A DNA stretch of 64,000 nucleotides from assembly GCA_016721825.1 (NCBI GenBank), contig JADKHI010000002.1:320687-384686 (forward strand). The letters are read 5' to 3'. Every line of letters begins with the position of its first letter. Positions within the stretch are counted from its first letter, which is position 1. The notes beneath the pieces were generated by a model, which saw nothing but the letters and a program-made list of their open reading frames with translations, was not told where the DNA came from and did not search any database. This document shows positions 30,468 to 39,767 of the stretch, one piece after another. This DNA comes from Flavobacteriales bacterium (GTDB taxonomy: Bacteria; Bacteroidota; Bacteroidia; Flavobacteriales_F; PHOS-HE28). The translations under genes and the position numbers were made by a program.

Positions 30468-31643
30468 CTAGTGGAAACGTTGCGCGTTCCGGGCCATGCG
30501 CCGGAGCAGGGGGGAGGGGCGGTATCGATCCTCGCCGAACTCGGCTTGAAGCGCGTCGAGCACGGAAAGCCAATGGGCTGCTCCCTTCTCGTCGGCCCAC
30601 GCCAGAAGCCCCTTCGGGTAGTTCACACCCTTGGTCATGGCCAGGTCGATGTCCTCCTTCGAAGCCACGCCGAGGTGGAGGGCATCGGCCGCTTCATTGA
30701 TCAGCATCGCCAGCACGCGTTCCACGATGCGGGCACCAAGCTCCGGTGCAACGCTGGGCGCAGCGCCCACTGCGGACTGGCCCTTCTCGTCATAGATATA
30801 ATAGCCGCGACCTGTCTTGCGTCCGAGCCAACCGGCCTCCACCATGCGCTGCTGGGTGAAGCTGGGGCGGTAACGCGGCTCGTAGAAAAAGCTTTCCCAC
30901 ACGGTGCGCGTTACGGTGAAGTTGATGTCGTTGCCGATCAGGTCCATTAGTTCGAAAGGCCCCATGCGGAAGCCACCGATGGTCTTGAGCGCGTGATCGA
31001 TGGTGGCCATGTCCGCCACACCTTCCTCGTAAAGCCGGATACTTTCGCCGTAATAGGGGCGGGCCACACGGTTCACAATGAAGCCCGGCGTGTCCTTGCA
31101 GGTAACGGGTACTTTGCCCCAAGCGGTCATCAGCAGCCGCGCTGCATCACAGGCCCGTGGGTCTGTGGCCACACCGGGCACCACTTCCACCAAGGGCATC
31201 AGGGGCGCGGGGTTGAAGAAGTGCAAGCCCACCACACGACCCGGCTTGGTGCAGGCCGCAGCGATCGCAGTTACGCTCAGGCTGCTGGTGTTGGTGGCGA
31301 GAAGGGCATCGGAGCTCAGCAGAGCATCAAGTTCCGCAAAGACCTTCTTCTTCACCGCGAGGTCCTCCACGATGGCCTCGATCACCAGTCCGCAGCCGGC
31401 CAGCGCCTTGATCTCCGTAGCCGGGGTGATGCGATCGCCGATGGCCTTCGCCGTTCCGGCTTCGAGCTTACCCTTCTCCACAAGCTTGTCCAACGTGCGC
31501 TGTAGTCCGGTCATGGCCTTGTCCACTGCTTCCTTGCGCGTGTCGAACAGCACGGTAGGGTGACCGGCCTGCGCGGCCACCTGTGCGATGCCGCTGCCCA
31601 TGGTGCCAGCACCGATCACGCCGACGATCATCTTGTCGCTCAT
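30468..31643 (-). CDS. 3-hydroxyacyl-CoA dehydrogenase (PaaH/Hbd-like, long form)
   Basis: NAD fold GVIGAGTMGSGIAQ and downstream HFFNPAP motif. Confidence 0.85.
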   Translation of the reverse strand: MSDKMIVGVIGAGTMGSGIAQVAAQAGHPTVLFDTRKEAVDKAMTGLQRTLDKLVEKGKLEAGTAKAIGDRITPATEIKALAGCGLVIEAIVEDLAVKKKVFAELDALLSSDALLATNTSSLSVTAIAAACTKPGRVVGLHFFNPAPLMPLVEVVPGVATDPRACDAARLLMTAWGKVPVTCKDTPGFIVNRVARPYYGESIRLYEEGVADMATIDHALKTIGGFRMGPFELMDLIGNDINFTVTRTVWESFFYEPRYRPSFTQQRMVEAGWLGRKTGRGYYIYDEKGQSAVGAAPSVAPELGARIVERVLAMLINEAADALHLGVASKEDIDLAMTKGVNYPKGLLAWADEKGAAHWLSVLDALQAEFGEDRYRPSPLLRRMARNAQRFH

Positions 31644-31668
31644 GTGGCCAAAGATCGGCGGCAGGAAA

Positions 31669-31696
31669 TGAAAAACCCCGGAACAGGTCCGGGGTT
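31669..31696 (-). terminator. rho-independent terminator after the META-domain gene
   Basis: The minus strand reads AACCCCGGA-loop-TCCGGGGTT followed by TTTTCATTT. Confidence 0.6.
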
Positions 31697-31719
31697 CTCC
31701 GTGTGTCGTAGGGAACGGC

Positions 31720-32148
31720 TCACTTTCCGCCGGTGAAGGAAGCCAGTTCGGTGCCGTCCTTCATCAGTTTCAGCAGGCCCTTGTCAAGGCTGAAGCTGTT
31801 GGCCTCGCGCAAGGCGCCCATGAAGCCATCCTCGATCTTCTGGGTGCTTTCGCAATACTTCTTGGTGCTGCCCACACCGGGGAATCCAATGGTGCTGCCA
31901 TCGAGGTTGAACTGCCCCATGAGGTTGTTGCAGCCACCGAAGCCGGAAAGCGACTTGTCCGCCGCCAGCTGGATCCACGGGTTCTGTGCGCCTTCGGGAA
32001 GTTGGAGCGCCTGTCCGGCGACGGACTGCAGCATCCACTTCTTGTCCAACACGTCGGTCATGCTCATGGCACCGCTCTTGTCCGCGCACTTGCTCGCGCT
32101 AAGCACCAGACCAAGGGCCAGGGCCACCAAGGGAAGTTTCGCGCGCAT
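31720..32148 (-). CDS. META-domain (HslJ-like) lipoprotein
   Basis: Lipobox LSASKC, WMLQS and GGCNNLMGQF META-like motifs. The start shares 1 nt with the dnaN stop (TGATG). Confidence 0.65.
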   Translation of the reverse strand: MRAKLPLVALALGLVLSASKCADKSGAMSMTDVLDKKWMLQSVAGQALQLPEGAQNPWIQLAADKSLSGFGGCNNLMGQFNLDGSTIGFPGVGSTKKYCESTQKIEDGFMGALREANSFSLDKGLLKLMKDGTELASFTGGK

Positions 32149-33269
32149 CAGCTGTTGAGCATCACGGGCATCACGAGCATCAGCACATCCTCGCCGACCT
32201 CACCAGCTTCACCGGGAAGCAGGATGCCAGCGCGGTTGGGTGCGCTCATCTCCAGCACCACGTGTTCGCAGCTCAAGTTGTTCAGCATGTCCATCAGGAA
32301 GCGGCTGTTGAAGCCGATGGTCATGTCCTCACCCTCGTAGGTGCAGGTGAGCTTCTCGTTGGCCTCGTTGCTGAAGTCCAGATCCTCGGCGCTCACGATC
32401 AGCTGGCTGCCGTTGATGCTGAGGCGCACCTGGTGGGTGGTCTTGTTGCTGAAGATTGCCACACGGCGGATCGAGCTGAGGAAGGTGGCGCGATCGATGG
32501 TGAGCTTGTTCGGGTTCTTCTTCGGGATCACCGCCTCGTAGTTCGGGTACTTGCCATCGATCAGGCGGCACACCATGAGGATGTTGTCGAAGGTGAACGA
32601 GGCGTTGTTCTCGTTGTATGCCACGCTGACCTCGGCGTTGGTGCCGCCCAAACTGTTCTTCAGCAGGTTCAGGGGCTTCTTGGGGACGATGAAGCTCGCG
32701 GGCTTGTCGGCGCGAACGTCGGTGCGCTTGTAGCGGACCAGCTTGTGGGCGTCGGTGGCCACGAAGTTCACGCTGTCTTCACCGAGCTCGAAGAAGATCC
32801 CGCTCATCACCGGGCGGAGGTCGTCGTTGCCGGTGGCGAAGATGCTCTTGTTGATGGCCGTGGCCAGGGTGCCGGCCGGCAGCACGAAGGTGCTCGGCGA
32901 TTCGAGGACGGGGCTCTTGGGGAACTCCGCGCCGCTGAAGCCGGTCATCTTGTACTTGCCCTGGTCGCTGATCAGCTCCACGCCGTGGTGCTTGCCATCG
33001 ATGCTGAAGGTGAGGGGCTGCTCGGGGAAGGCCTTGAGGGTGTCCAGGAGCAAACGGGCGGGAATGGCCACGCTGCCTTTGTCCTTCGCCTCCACGGCCA
33101 TCGTTGCAGTGATGGTGGTCTCAAGATCGCTGGCGGTCACTGTGAGCTGCTTGCCGTCGATCTCGAACAGGAAGTTGTCGAGGATGGGGAGCGTGTTGCT
33201 GCTGGCGAGCACGCCCTGCAATGTCTGCAGCTGCTTCAACAGCGCCGTACTGGACACAATGAACTTCAT
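32148..33269 (-). CDS. dnaN: DNA polymerase III beta sliding clamp
   Basis: MKFIVSSTALLKQLQTLQGV start, 373 aa from ATG 33269. Confidence 0.9.
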   Translation of the reverse strand: MKFIVSSTALLKQLQTLQGVLASSNTLPILDNFLFEIDGKQLTVTASDLETTITATMAVEAKDKGSVAIPARLLLDTLKAFPEQPLTFSIDGKHHGVELISDQGKYKMTGFSGAEFPKSPVLESPSTFVLPAGTLATAINKSIFATGNDDLRPVMSGIFFELGEDSVNFVATDAHKLVRYKRTDVRADKPASFIVPKKPLNLLKNSLGGTNAEVSVAYNENNASFTFDNILMVCRLIDGKYPNYEAVIPKKNPNKLTIDRATFLSSIRRVAIFSNKTTHQVRLSINGSQLIVSAEDLDFSNEANEKLTCTYEGEDMTIGFNSRFLMDMLNNLSCEHVVLEMSAPNRAGILLPGEAGEVGEDVLMLVMPVMLNS

Positions 33270-33339
33270 CGTTGCGGTCTTTTCCTTGGTTGCTACCGTT
33301 TCCATCTCTAGGTCTCGCCAGGTCGTTTTCCGGCGCGCC

Positions 33340-33347
33340 CAAAGATA
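33340..33347 (-). promoter_or_regulatory. candidate -7 box TATCTTTG upstream of dnaN
   Basis: Exact TAnnTTTG match, 71 nt upstream of the dnaN ATG. Confidence 0.3.
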
Positions 33348-33420
33348 GCCCGGCCCCTAGGGGCGTTCCGGTCCACTTATCAACACGGAAGCGGCTTTTT
33401 CCACAGTCCGAGCGCCTCGC

Positions 33421-34434
33421 TCAGCGCGCCACCAGCAACTGGATCGGCAAGGTGATCCGGTCGAAGTGCATCCGTTGTACCACCACCATGCAGGTATCGT
33501 CCAGCAAGGCCCACTGGCGGTCGGTGTCCTCCACCAACAGCTGGCCCTCCATGTTGCGCTCTTCCTTATAGGGCTTCTTCTTCCAGAACGGCACACGCTG
33601 CACGGCCCCGTCCGCCTTGGCGATCTCCAGTATGTGGGAAGGGGTGCTGGCCAGCACCGAATCGCGCTCTGCCTTGGTGATCTTCCGCTCGAAGTACTCG
33701 AAGTGCTGGTCCCGTAATGTGCGCATCAGGTCTTTCACCGCTGAACTGTCCATGGCCACCGCCACCTTGTCGTTCGTCAAGAGACTCAAGGCGTTGCCAC
33801 CGTCGTAGGTCACCGTCCAACCGTCAGCCGGGCGTGTTGTGTTGGTCATCGTCACCCGGCGGATCGCCGTCAGGTCCGGGTAGTTCAGGACGTCGGTGCT
33901 CCGCCAGTCATCGATGCCAGTGTGAAAGCGTGTGGTGAGAAAGCCGGAAAATCCGCTCATGGCCATCACGAAGGGGACACTGCTCTTGCCTTTGCCAGGG
34001 ATCTCCAGCAACATGAAGGTGCCGTAGTGGTCCTGCGTGGCGTGGCCCACATACCAGACCTTGGCAGGCACATCATCGCCCATGTAGATCTCCACCTTCT
34101 TGGCCGTGCTGCTCATCACCTTCAACACGTTCGCCTCGGCCGCCTTGGGCACGGGCGTACGCACTTCCACGCGCAAGAAGGTCTTCAGCAGCAACTGCAC
34201 GTTCTTGGGGTTTGCCGGCATGCCGTTCACGGTCCAGGTGCCAGGGCCGGTGCGCTTCAGGTCGGCCGTATGCCCGTTCATTTCCGCGATGAAGATCCGG
34301 TCCACCGCGCTGGTGTCGGCCACGGCGAAGTCGGTGAGGGGACCGCTGAGGGTGCTCCCCGTGTTGGAGCGGTAGAGCCAGAAGGCCACACCAGCCAGCA
34401 GCAGGAAGATCGCGAGGAGCAGGCGGCGGTTCAT
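33421..34434 (-). CDS. membrane-anchored protein, DUF4340-like
   Basis: TM anchor LLLAIFLLLAGVAFWLY. The start shares 1 nt with the gldG stop (TGATG). Confidence 0.5.
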   Translation of the reverse strand: MNRRLLLAIFLLLAGVAFWLYRSNTGSTLSGPLTDFAVADTSAVDRIFIAEMNGHTADLKRTGPGTWTVNGMPANPKNVQLLLKTFLRVEVRTPVPKAAEANVLKVMSSTAKKVEIYMGDDVPAKVWYVGHATQDHYGTFMLLEIPGKGKSSVPFVMAMSGFSGFLTTRFHTGIDDWRSTDVLNYPDLTAIRRVTMTNTTRPADGWTVTYDGGNALSLLTNDKVAVAMDSSAVKDLMRTLRDQHFEYFERKITKAERDSVLASTPSHILEIAKADGAVQRVPFWKKKPYKEERNMEGQLLVEDTDRQWALLDDTCMVVVQRMHFDRITLPIQLLVAR

Positions 34435-36182
34435 CAGGACTGCAGGGTGCTGGTTGCGTAACGACGGCGGCGGTACAGGTGGAAGAGGAAGCCGGCCAGC
34501 ACGCTGATCAGGATCGGACCGGCGATGTTGATCACCTGCCACTTGGTGCGCTCGGCCTCGGTGCGGTCCACATCCAACGTGCGTAGCGTGATCACACGTG
34601 AGCGGATGCTGATGAGGCCTTGGTCATCCAACAGGTAGTTCAATGCGTTCACGAAGAACTCACGGTTGCCGTAGACCTTGGTACCAGCATAGCGGTCGAA
34701 GCCCAGTGGGAAGTACATGCCCTTCTCGGGGTCCACACGGTTCTCAATGGCATCACCGTCGCTGATCACCACCATGGCGGTGGGGCGGCTCCATTCACGG
34801 AAGGCCACCTCAGGGTCGTTGGCGAACTCGACGGGCAAGCGGTCGGTGAAGGCGCTGCGGTATTTCCCTTCGCTCAGCACGGCCAACCAGCGGTCCGGCG
34901 TGGTGGTCTTGTCGAAGGGCGGCGGGTGGTCCACGATGCCCAGCGAGATGCGGGCGGGGTTCTTCAGCACCCAGGTGTAGGGCGAACTGGTGAGCAGCAC
35001 GGTCTTGGTGGCGCTGTCGGTGCCGATGGTGTCGATGCTGCTGGGGAAGCGCAGGTGCACCGGATCGATGTTGTTGACGATGGGGTGCGTGCTGCGCGGG
35101 ATCACGATGGGCTCGTAGGGGAAGGGGAAGCGCTCCAGCTTGCGTTGGTTGCCGAAGGGCGTGGTGTACAGCTCGATGGGCGCGCACTGCTGGTCCAGCA
35201 CCACGTCGGTGTTGATGCGCATGCCGTAGGCGAAGAGCAGGTCCGTTAGCCCGAGCTCATACGGGGTGGCAATGCTGAACTGCTGCACGCGCAGGCTATC
35301 CAGGTGCGCATTCATGGCGTCCACGCACCAGAGCACCTTGCCGCCGTTCATCACGAACTGGTCGATCACGTACTGGTCGCGGCGGCTGAAGGCGCTGTCA
35401 GGCTTGGCGATCACCAGGGCCTCGTAGCGGTTCGCCCGGTAACGGCCACCTTCCACCTTGTCGCTCAAGGCGTCGATGCGGTCGTTGATGCTGACGCGGG
35501 TCACAGTGTACTGCTCCCCCAGCACGTTGGCAATGTCCTGCACCAGCGGCGCAGGCGATTCTCCGTGGCCCTCCAGAAAGGCGATGCGTGGCTTGTTCGC
35601 ATTGGTGACCTGGCGGATGGCGTTGCTGAACTCGTACTCCAAGTTGTTCACCGAGCGGTTCACCATATCCGCATCGGGCGTGCGCAGCTGGGTCTTCAGG
35701 AGCTGCAGTGCATGGCTCTTGCCCTTGTAGGTGAGCATGGCACCGGGGAACACGATGAGCTCGCTCTGGCCGCCCTTCTCCTTGGTGCGGATGCTGGTAT
35801 ACTGCAGACCTTGCTCGGTCAGGTTCTTGTAGACCTCCAAGCGCGTCTTCTCGTCGGGGCTCGCGCTCGGGTCGGTGAACTCGTACTGGAGGTTCACATC
35901 GTTCACCGCGCGCATCTCGTCCAGCAGCTCGCGCGTGCTCTGCTCCAGCCGACGCATGTCCGCAGGCAGCTCACCATGCAGGTACACCTTCACGAAGACC
36001 ACATCGTCCAGCTTGCCGATCAGCTCTTTCGTTGCCGGGGTCAGGGTATAGCGCTTCTCGCTCGTCAGGTCGGCCCGCAGCCGAACGAAAGAGCTGATGA
36101 AAAGCACGAGCACCACGATGCCCAGACCGATGCCCAGGTCGAGCAGGTCCTTCCCCCGGTTGGTGCGCGCTTTCATCACCAT
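34434..36182 (-). CDS. gldG: gliding-motility ABC transporter auxiliary component GldG
   Basis: N-terminal TM segment plus ADLTSEKRYTLTPATKELIGKLDD, and a C-terminal TM segment. Overlaps the gldF stop. Confidence 0.75.
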   Translation of the reverse strand: MVMKARTNRGKDLLDLGIGLGIVVLVLFISSFVRLRADLTSEKRYTLTPATKELIGKLDDVVFVKVYLHGELPADMRRLEQSTRELLDEMRAVNDVNLQYEFTDPSASPDEKTRLEVYKNLTEQGLQYTSIRTKEKGGQSELIVFPGAMLTYKGKSHALQLLKTQLRTPDADMVNRSVNNLEYEFSNAIRQVTNANKPRIAFLEGHGESPAPLVQDIANVLGEQYTVTRVSINDRIDALSDKVEGGRYRANRYEALVIAKPDSAFSRRDQYVIDQFVMNGGKVLWCVDAMNAHLDSLRVQQFSIATPYELGLTDLLFAYGMRINTDVVLDQQCAPIELYTTPFGNQRKLERFPFPYEPIVIPRSTHPIVNNIDPVHLRFPSSIDTIGTDSATKTVLLTSSPYTWVLKNPARISLGIVDHPPPFDKTTTPDRWLAVLSEGKYRSAFTDRLPVEFANDPEVAFREWSRPTAMVVISDGDAIENRVDPEKGMYFPLGFDRYAGTKVYGNREFFVNALNYLLDDQGLISIRSRVITLRTLDVDRTEAERTKWQVINIAGPILISVLAGFLFHLYRRRRYATSTLQS

Positions 36183-36901
36183 TTCCGGCTTTGAAGGGAG
36201 GCGCGCGTCAGCAGCATGAAGACCGCTGTGACGCAGAGGAAGTAGCTCACATCACGAAGGTCCACCACACCGCGGCTCATGCTGGTGTAGTGCTCCTGGA
36301 TGCCAATGGCCTTGATCGGTCCTTCCAGCGCGCCCAGCAGCTCGAAGGAAGCCACGAGTTCGAAGCCCATGTGGAGCACGAAGCAAAGGAACACCGCGAT
36401 CAGGAAGGCCACGATCTGGCTTTCGGTGATGGAAGAGGCGAAGAGGCCGATGCTGGTGAAGCAGCCCGCGAGGAACACGAGGCCGAGGTAGGAGCCCCAT
36501 GTGCCTCCGCTATCCACGTTCCAGGCAGGCACCGCGAGCTGGCCGATGCTCCAGTAGTAGAAGAGGGTAGGAACCAGCGCCAGCAGCACCAATACCAAGC
36601 AGGCCGTGTACTTGGCCAGCACCAGTTGAAGCTCCGTCAACGGGCGGGTGAGCAGCAGCTCCAAGGTGCCCGTGCGCTTCTCTTCACTGAAGCTGCGCAT
36701 GGTGATGGCCGGAACGAGGAAGAGGAAGACCCATGGCCCGATCTGGAACAAGGGGCCCAGGTCGGCGTAGCCTTGGTCCAGGATGTTGTCGGGGAACACC
36801 CACAGGAAGAGCCCCGTGATCAGCAGGAACACCACGATCACAATGTGGCCGATGAGTGAGCCCAGGAAGCCCCGGACCTCTTTGCGAATGAGCGCGCGCA
36901 T
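36176..36901 (-). CDS. gldF: gliding-motility ABC transporter permease GldF
   Basis: MRALIRKEVRGFLGSLIGHIV start at ATG 36901, 241 aa, ABC-2 permease topology. The track's poly-Pro N-terminal extension is rejected. Confidence 0.75.
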   Translation of the reverse strand: MRALIRKEVRGFLGSLIGHIVIVVFLLITGLFLWVFPDNILDQGYADLGPLFQIGPWVFLFLVPAITMRSFSEEKRTGTLELLLTRPLTELQLVLAKYTACLVLVLLALVPTLFYYWSIGQLAVPAWNVDSGGTWGSYLGLVFLAGCFTSIGLFASSITESQIVAFLIAVFLCFVLHMGFELVASFELLGALEGPIKAIGIQEHYTSMSRGVVDLRDVSYFLCVTAVFMLLTRASLQSRKW

Positions 36902-36910
36902 TTCGGGGCG

Positions 36911-36942
36911 CCAAGATAGCCGGACCGATGCCGACCGATCAA
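36911..36942 (-). promoter_or_regulatory. candidate promoter of gldFG (-33 TTG at 36940-36942, -7 TATCTTGG at 36911-36918)
   Basis: 21-nt spacer. The -7 box lies 9 nt upstream of the ATG. Confidence 0.3.
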
Positions 36943-36988
36943 GCCGTTGCCCAACGGATATCAACCGGAGTGTCGGAAAGGGGTTGTC

Positions 36989-37141
<153 letters not shown>

Positions 37142-37329
37142 CTTTTCTGGCGTGTTCGCTCGGGTGTGGCCGGGTGAGCGGGGCATGCGCTGACCGCATT
37201 GCACTGGCCAGCGTTCCAGTGCCATGCCTTGCGGCATCACGCGGGGTCGTACTGCTTCGGTCATCGTTCGCGCTCCAGGGCGGCAGCGCCAGCGACGATG
37301 TGGGGACATGCGGTCGCTGGGGTCACGGC

Positions 37330-37460
37330 ATCCCAAGACGAGCTGCTGCACACCACAAGATCCGAACATCGCCAGGCCAGAGCGCCTGGAAGAAGCGGTC
37401 CTCATCTACAATACGCAGCGCCCGTTGCGACATGCGAACCCGAGCATGCACATCACAGGT
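37330..37460 (+). pseudogene. degraded C-terminal fragment of an rve (integrase-core) transposase, IS3/IS481-like
   Basis: Three frames piece together QDELLH..., ERLEEAVLIYNTQRP and ...DMRTRA, which resembles the conserved LKxE...YNxxRPHxxLGxxTP transposase tail. No intact ORF and no upstream catalytic region. Confidence 0.35.
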
Positions 37461-37629
37461 CGGCCGCGTCGCTGGCGTCGTATGCTTCAGGGGTTGTCAA
37501 CCAGCTCGGAAGATGTTGTAAACCACACAGGAATAGAACCATTGTCACTTCAGGACGCAGGTCGTGGCTAAAGGAAAAGGGCCCGGTGACGGGGATCCTC
37601 GACGTTCGGCCATGCCTGGCTTTCTCAGC

Positions 37630-38499
37630 CTAGAACTCGATAACGGTCTTCCGCTTCTTGGCGGGCTTCTTCGGGATCTTGGTAGCGTCGGTGTTGCAGT
37701 AGTTCTTTACAATGAACACGGCATCCTTGTCGCCCAAGCGGGAACTGACCTTCCAATCGGCACAGGCTTGCTCCTTGTTCTCCAAGTTGTAGTAGCAGTC
37801 GCCCCGGTAGTAGTAGGCTTCGGCTTTGCCCTCGGCATCCTGGTCGATCACCTGCGTGAACCGCACGATGGCCTCCTCATACCGTTGGGTCTCGAACAGC
37901 AGCACGCCAGAGGCCATGAGCCCGCCTGGGATCGTGGGCTTCAGGCGAAGCGCCTCTTCCACTTCGGCCAGGCCATCCTCTTCACGGTACAGTTCACCCT
38001 TGCACACACCGCTCAGGTAGAGGGCATCGGCATGCTGTGGGTTCAGCTTGAACGCGCGTTGCGCATCCTTGAGCGAGCCCTCGGTATCCTGCCCCATGTA
38101 CTTGGCGCAGGCGCTGTTGTACCAGGCGTCGGGGTCGTTCTCGTCGAGCGCCAAGGCACGCTCGCAATCCTTCAATGCGCCCTTCAGGTTGCCGTTGCTG
38201 ATGCGCAGGGCGCTACGGCTCACGTACAGCCGGGCGTCGTTCGGGTCCAGGTCCTCGGCCTTTTCATAGTCGAGCAGGGCACCGTCCATGTTCTTGGCGC
38301 GTTGGCGAAGGTCACCACGCAGCTTCCAGGCCTTAGCAAGCTTAGGGTCCAGTGCGATGGCCTTGTCCACGTGCACAAGCGCGCTGTCGTTGGCATCGCT
38401 GGCGTAGAGCGTCTGTGCAAGGCCCAACTCCTCCTTGGCAGGGGTCTGGGCATGCAACAAGGCCGGTAGCACGAACAGGAGTAGGGAGAAGGATCTCAT
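37630..38499 (-). CDS. TPR-repeat secreted protein
   Basis: Signal peptide MRSFSLLLFVLPALLHAQ and repeated A..Y..A/G...P 34-aa TPR pattern. Confidence 0.75.
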   Translation of the reverse strand: MRSFSLLLFVLPALLHAQTPAKEELGLAQTLYASDANDSALVHVDKAIALDPKLAKAWKLRGDLRQRAKNMDGALLDYEKAEDLDPNDARLYVSRSALRISNGNLKGALKDCERALALDENDPDAWYNSACAKYMGQDTEGSLKDAQRAFKLNPQHADALYLSGVCKGELYREEDGLAEVEEALRLKPTIPGGLMASGVLLFETQRYEEAIVRFTQVIDQDAEGKAEAYYYRGDCYYNLENKEQACADWKVSSRLGDKDAVFIVKNYCNTDATKIPKKPAKKRKTVIEF

Positions 38500-38527
38500 G
38501 GGCGGCGGTTGGCAAAGGCCGGGCCGA

Positions 38528-38830
38528 TCAGCCTGCCGCGTCCATCAGATGGTCACGGTCCAAGCTCCAGGCTTCGGCGGGTTGGGCGAACATACGCTTT
38601 ACAACAGGCCATACGGAAGCGAAGACCTCACTGTTACGGTAAGCCTCAAGATCTTTCGGCGAAGCCCACACGCTGTAGGTCATGAAGACGCTTGGGTCCT
38701 GGCGGTCGTGGAGCAGCTGCAACTGCTGGCAACCGGGGAAGGCGATGATGCGGTGGCGCCAGCCTTCGAACAGGTGCTGAAAAGGAGCGACCTCTTCGGG
38801 ACGAAAGGTCATCTTCACGATGCGGATCAT
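38528..38830 (-). CDS. ABM (antibiotic biosynthesis monooxygenase-like) domain protein
   Basis: 100 aa, ferredoxin-like pattern (IVKMTF...FMTYSVWAS...LEAYRNSE). ATGA overlap with the upstream gene. Confidence 0.55.
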   Translation of the reverse strand: MIRIVKMTFRPEEVAPFQHLFEGWRHRIIAFPGCQQLQLLHDRQDPSVFMTYSVWASPKDLEAYRNSEVFASVWPVVKRMFAQPAEAWSLDRDHLMDAAG

Positions 38831-39663
38831 CCGACGGGGACGGGGGCAGGGGTGGCCCGCGGTGTAAGCACAAGTTCCACGCGGACGGGGTCGTTCACAT
38901 GCAGGCCCAGAAGGCCAGCGGCGCCGCCGCCCATGCCATCCACGCCCTTGTTCAAGGCGATCTCCAGGTGGCCACTGCTGCCGAAGAAGGCGAGGCGCTC
39001 GCCCTGCGGCACATCACCGTAGGACTTGCTGAGCGTGGTGATGTCGTAGCTGTGGCGGCCGAACGTGATGCGGAAGGGCTGGCCCTTCACCAGATCCTGG
39101 AACTGCAGGCGCGCGATATTGGTGACCACGTTGCCGTAGGAATCGATGTAGATCACCGCCCCCCGGATGCTCAGGTTGTCCGTGGCCGGCCGGAAGCTCA
39201 TCATCTCCTTGATGTGGACGGTCTTGCGGCCGATCACTTCCGCCGTGCCACCCTTCAACAGGTGCGCGGCCGCCTTCACGAACACGTTCTTCAGAGGAAA
39301 GACCGCATGGTCGTCCTCCAGCTTCATGGTCAGCTCGAAGGCTTCCTGCGGCATACCGTCGAAGATGAGCGGGAAGATCCCGTTGTCCGCGCCGATGAAG
39401 AACTGGCCGTCGTGGCGCACCACCAAATGCGGACTGGTGCCGGTGGCCTCGGGGTTCACCCCGATCAAGTGCACCGTGCCACGCGGGAACTCCGGGTAGG
39501 CATGGCGCAATACGAAGGCGGTCTGCGAGTTATCGAAGGGGGTGATCGAATGGCTGATGTCGACGATGCGCGCGTCGGGCACCTGACTGTAGATCGCACC
39601 TTTCACCACGGCCACGTAGTGGTCCTTGAGGCCCATGTCGGTGGTGAGGGTGATGATCGACAT
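38827..39663 (-). CDS. SAM hydrolase / SAM hydroxide adenosyltransferase family (DUF62)
   Basis: IITLTTDMGLKDHYVAVVKG start and VDISH motif typical of DUF62. Confidence 0.7.
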   Translation of the reverse strand: MSIITLTTDMGLKDHYVAVVKGAIYSQVPDARIVDISHSITPFDNSQTAFVLRHAYPEFPRGTVHLIGVNPEATGTSPHLVVRHDGQFFIGADNGIFPLIFDGMPQEAFELTMKLEDDHAVFPLKNVFVKAAAHLLKGGTAEVIGRKTVHIKEMMSFRPATDNLSIRGAVIYIDSYGNVVTNIARLQFQDLVKGQPFRITFGRHSYDITTLSKSYGDVPQGERLAFFGSSGHLEIALNKGVDGMGGGAAGLLGLHVNDPVRVELVLTPRATPAPVPVG

Positions 39664-39767
39664 CGCGTGGTTCGGACAGCGAAGAAAATCGTTCGCGCTA
39701 CCTTCGGCCGGGTGAAAGCCCCCTTGTCGATCAACAGTCCGCAGTTCATAATTCCATCAGCCACCGC

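Noticed and set aside
33270-33420. Replication origin upstream of dnaN
   Set aside because: Only two DnaA-box-like nonamers are present, with no AT-rich unwinding region and no dnaA neighbour. That is not enough to call oriC.
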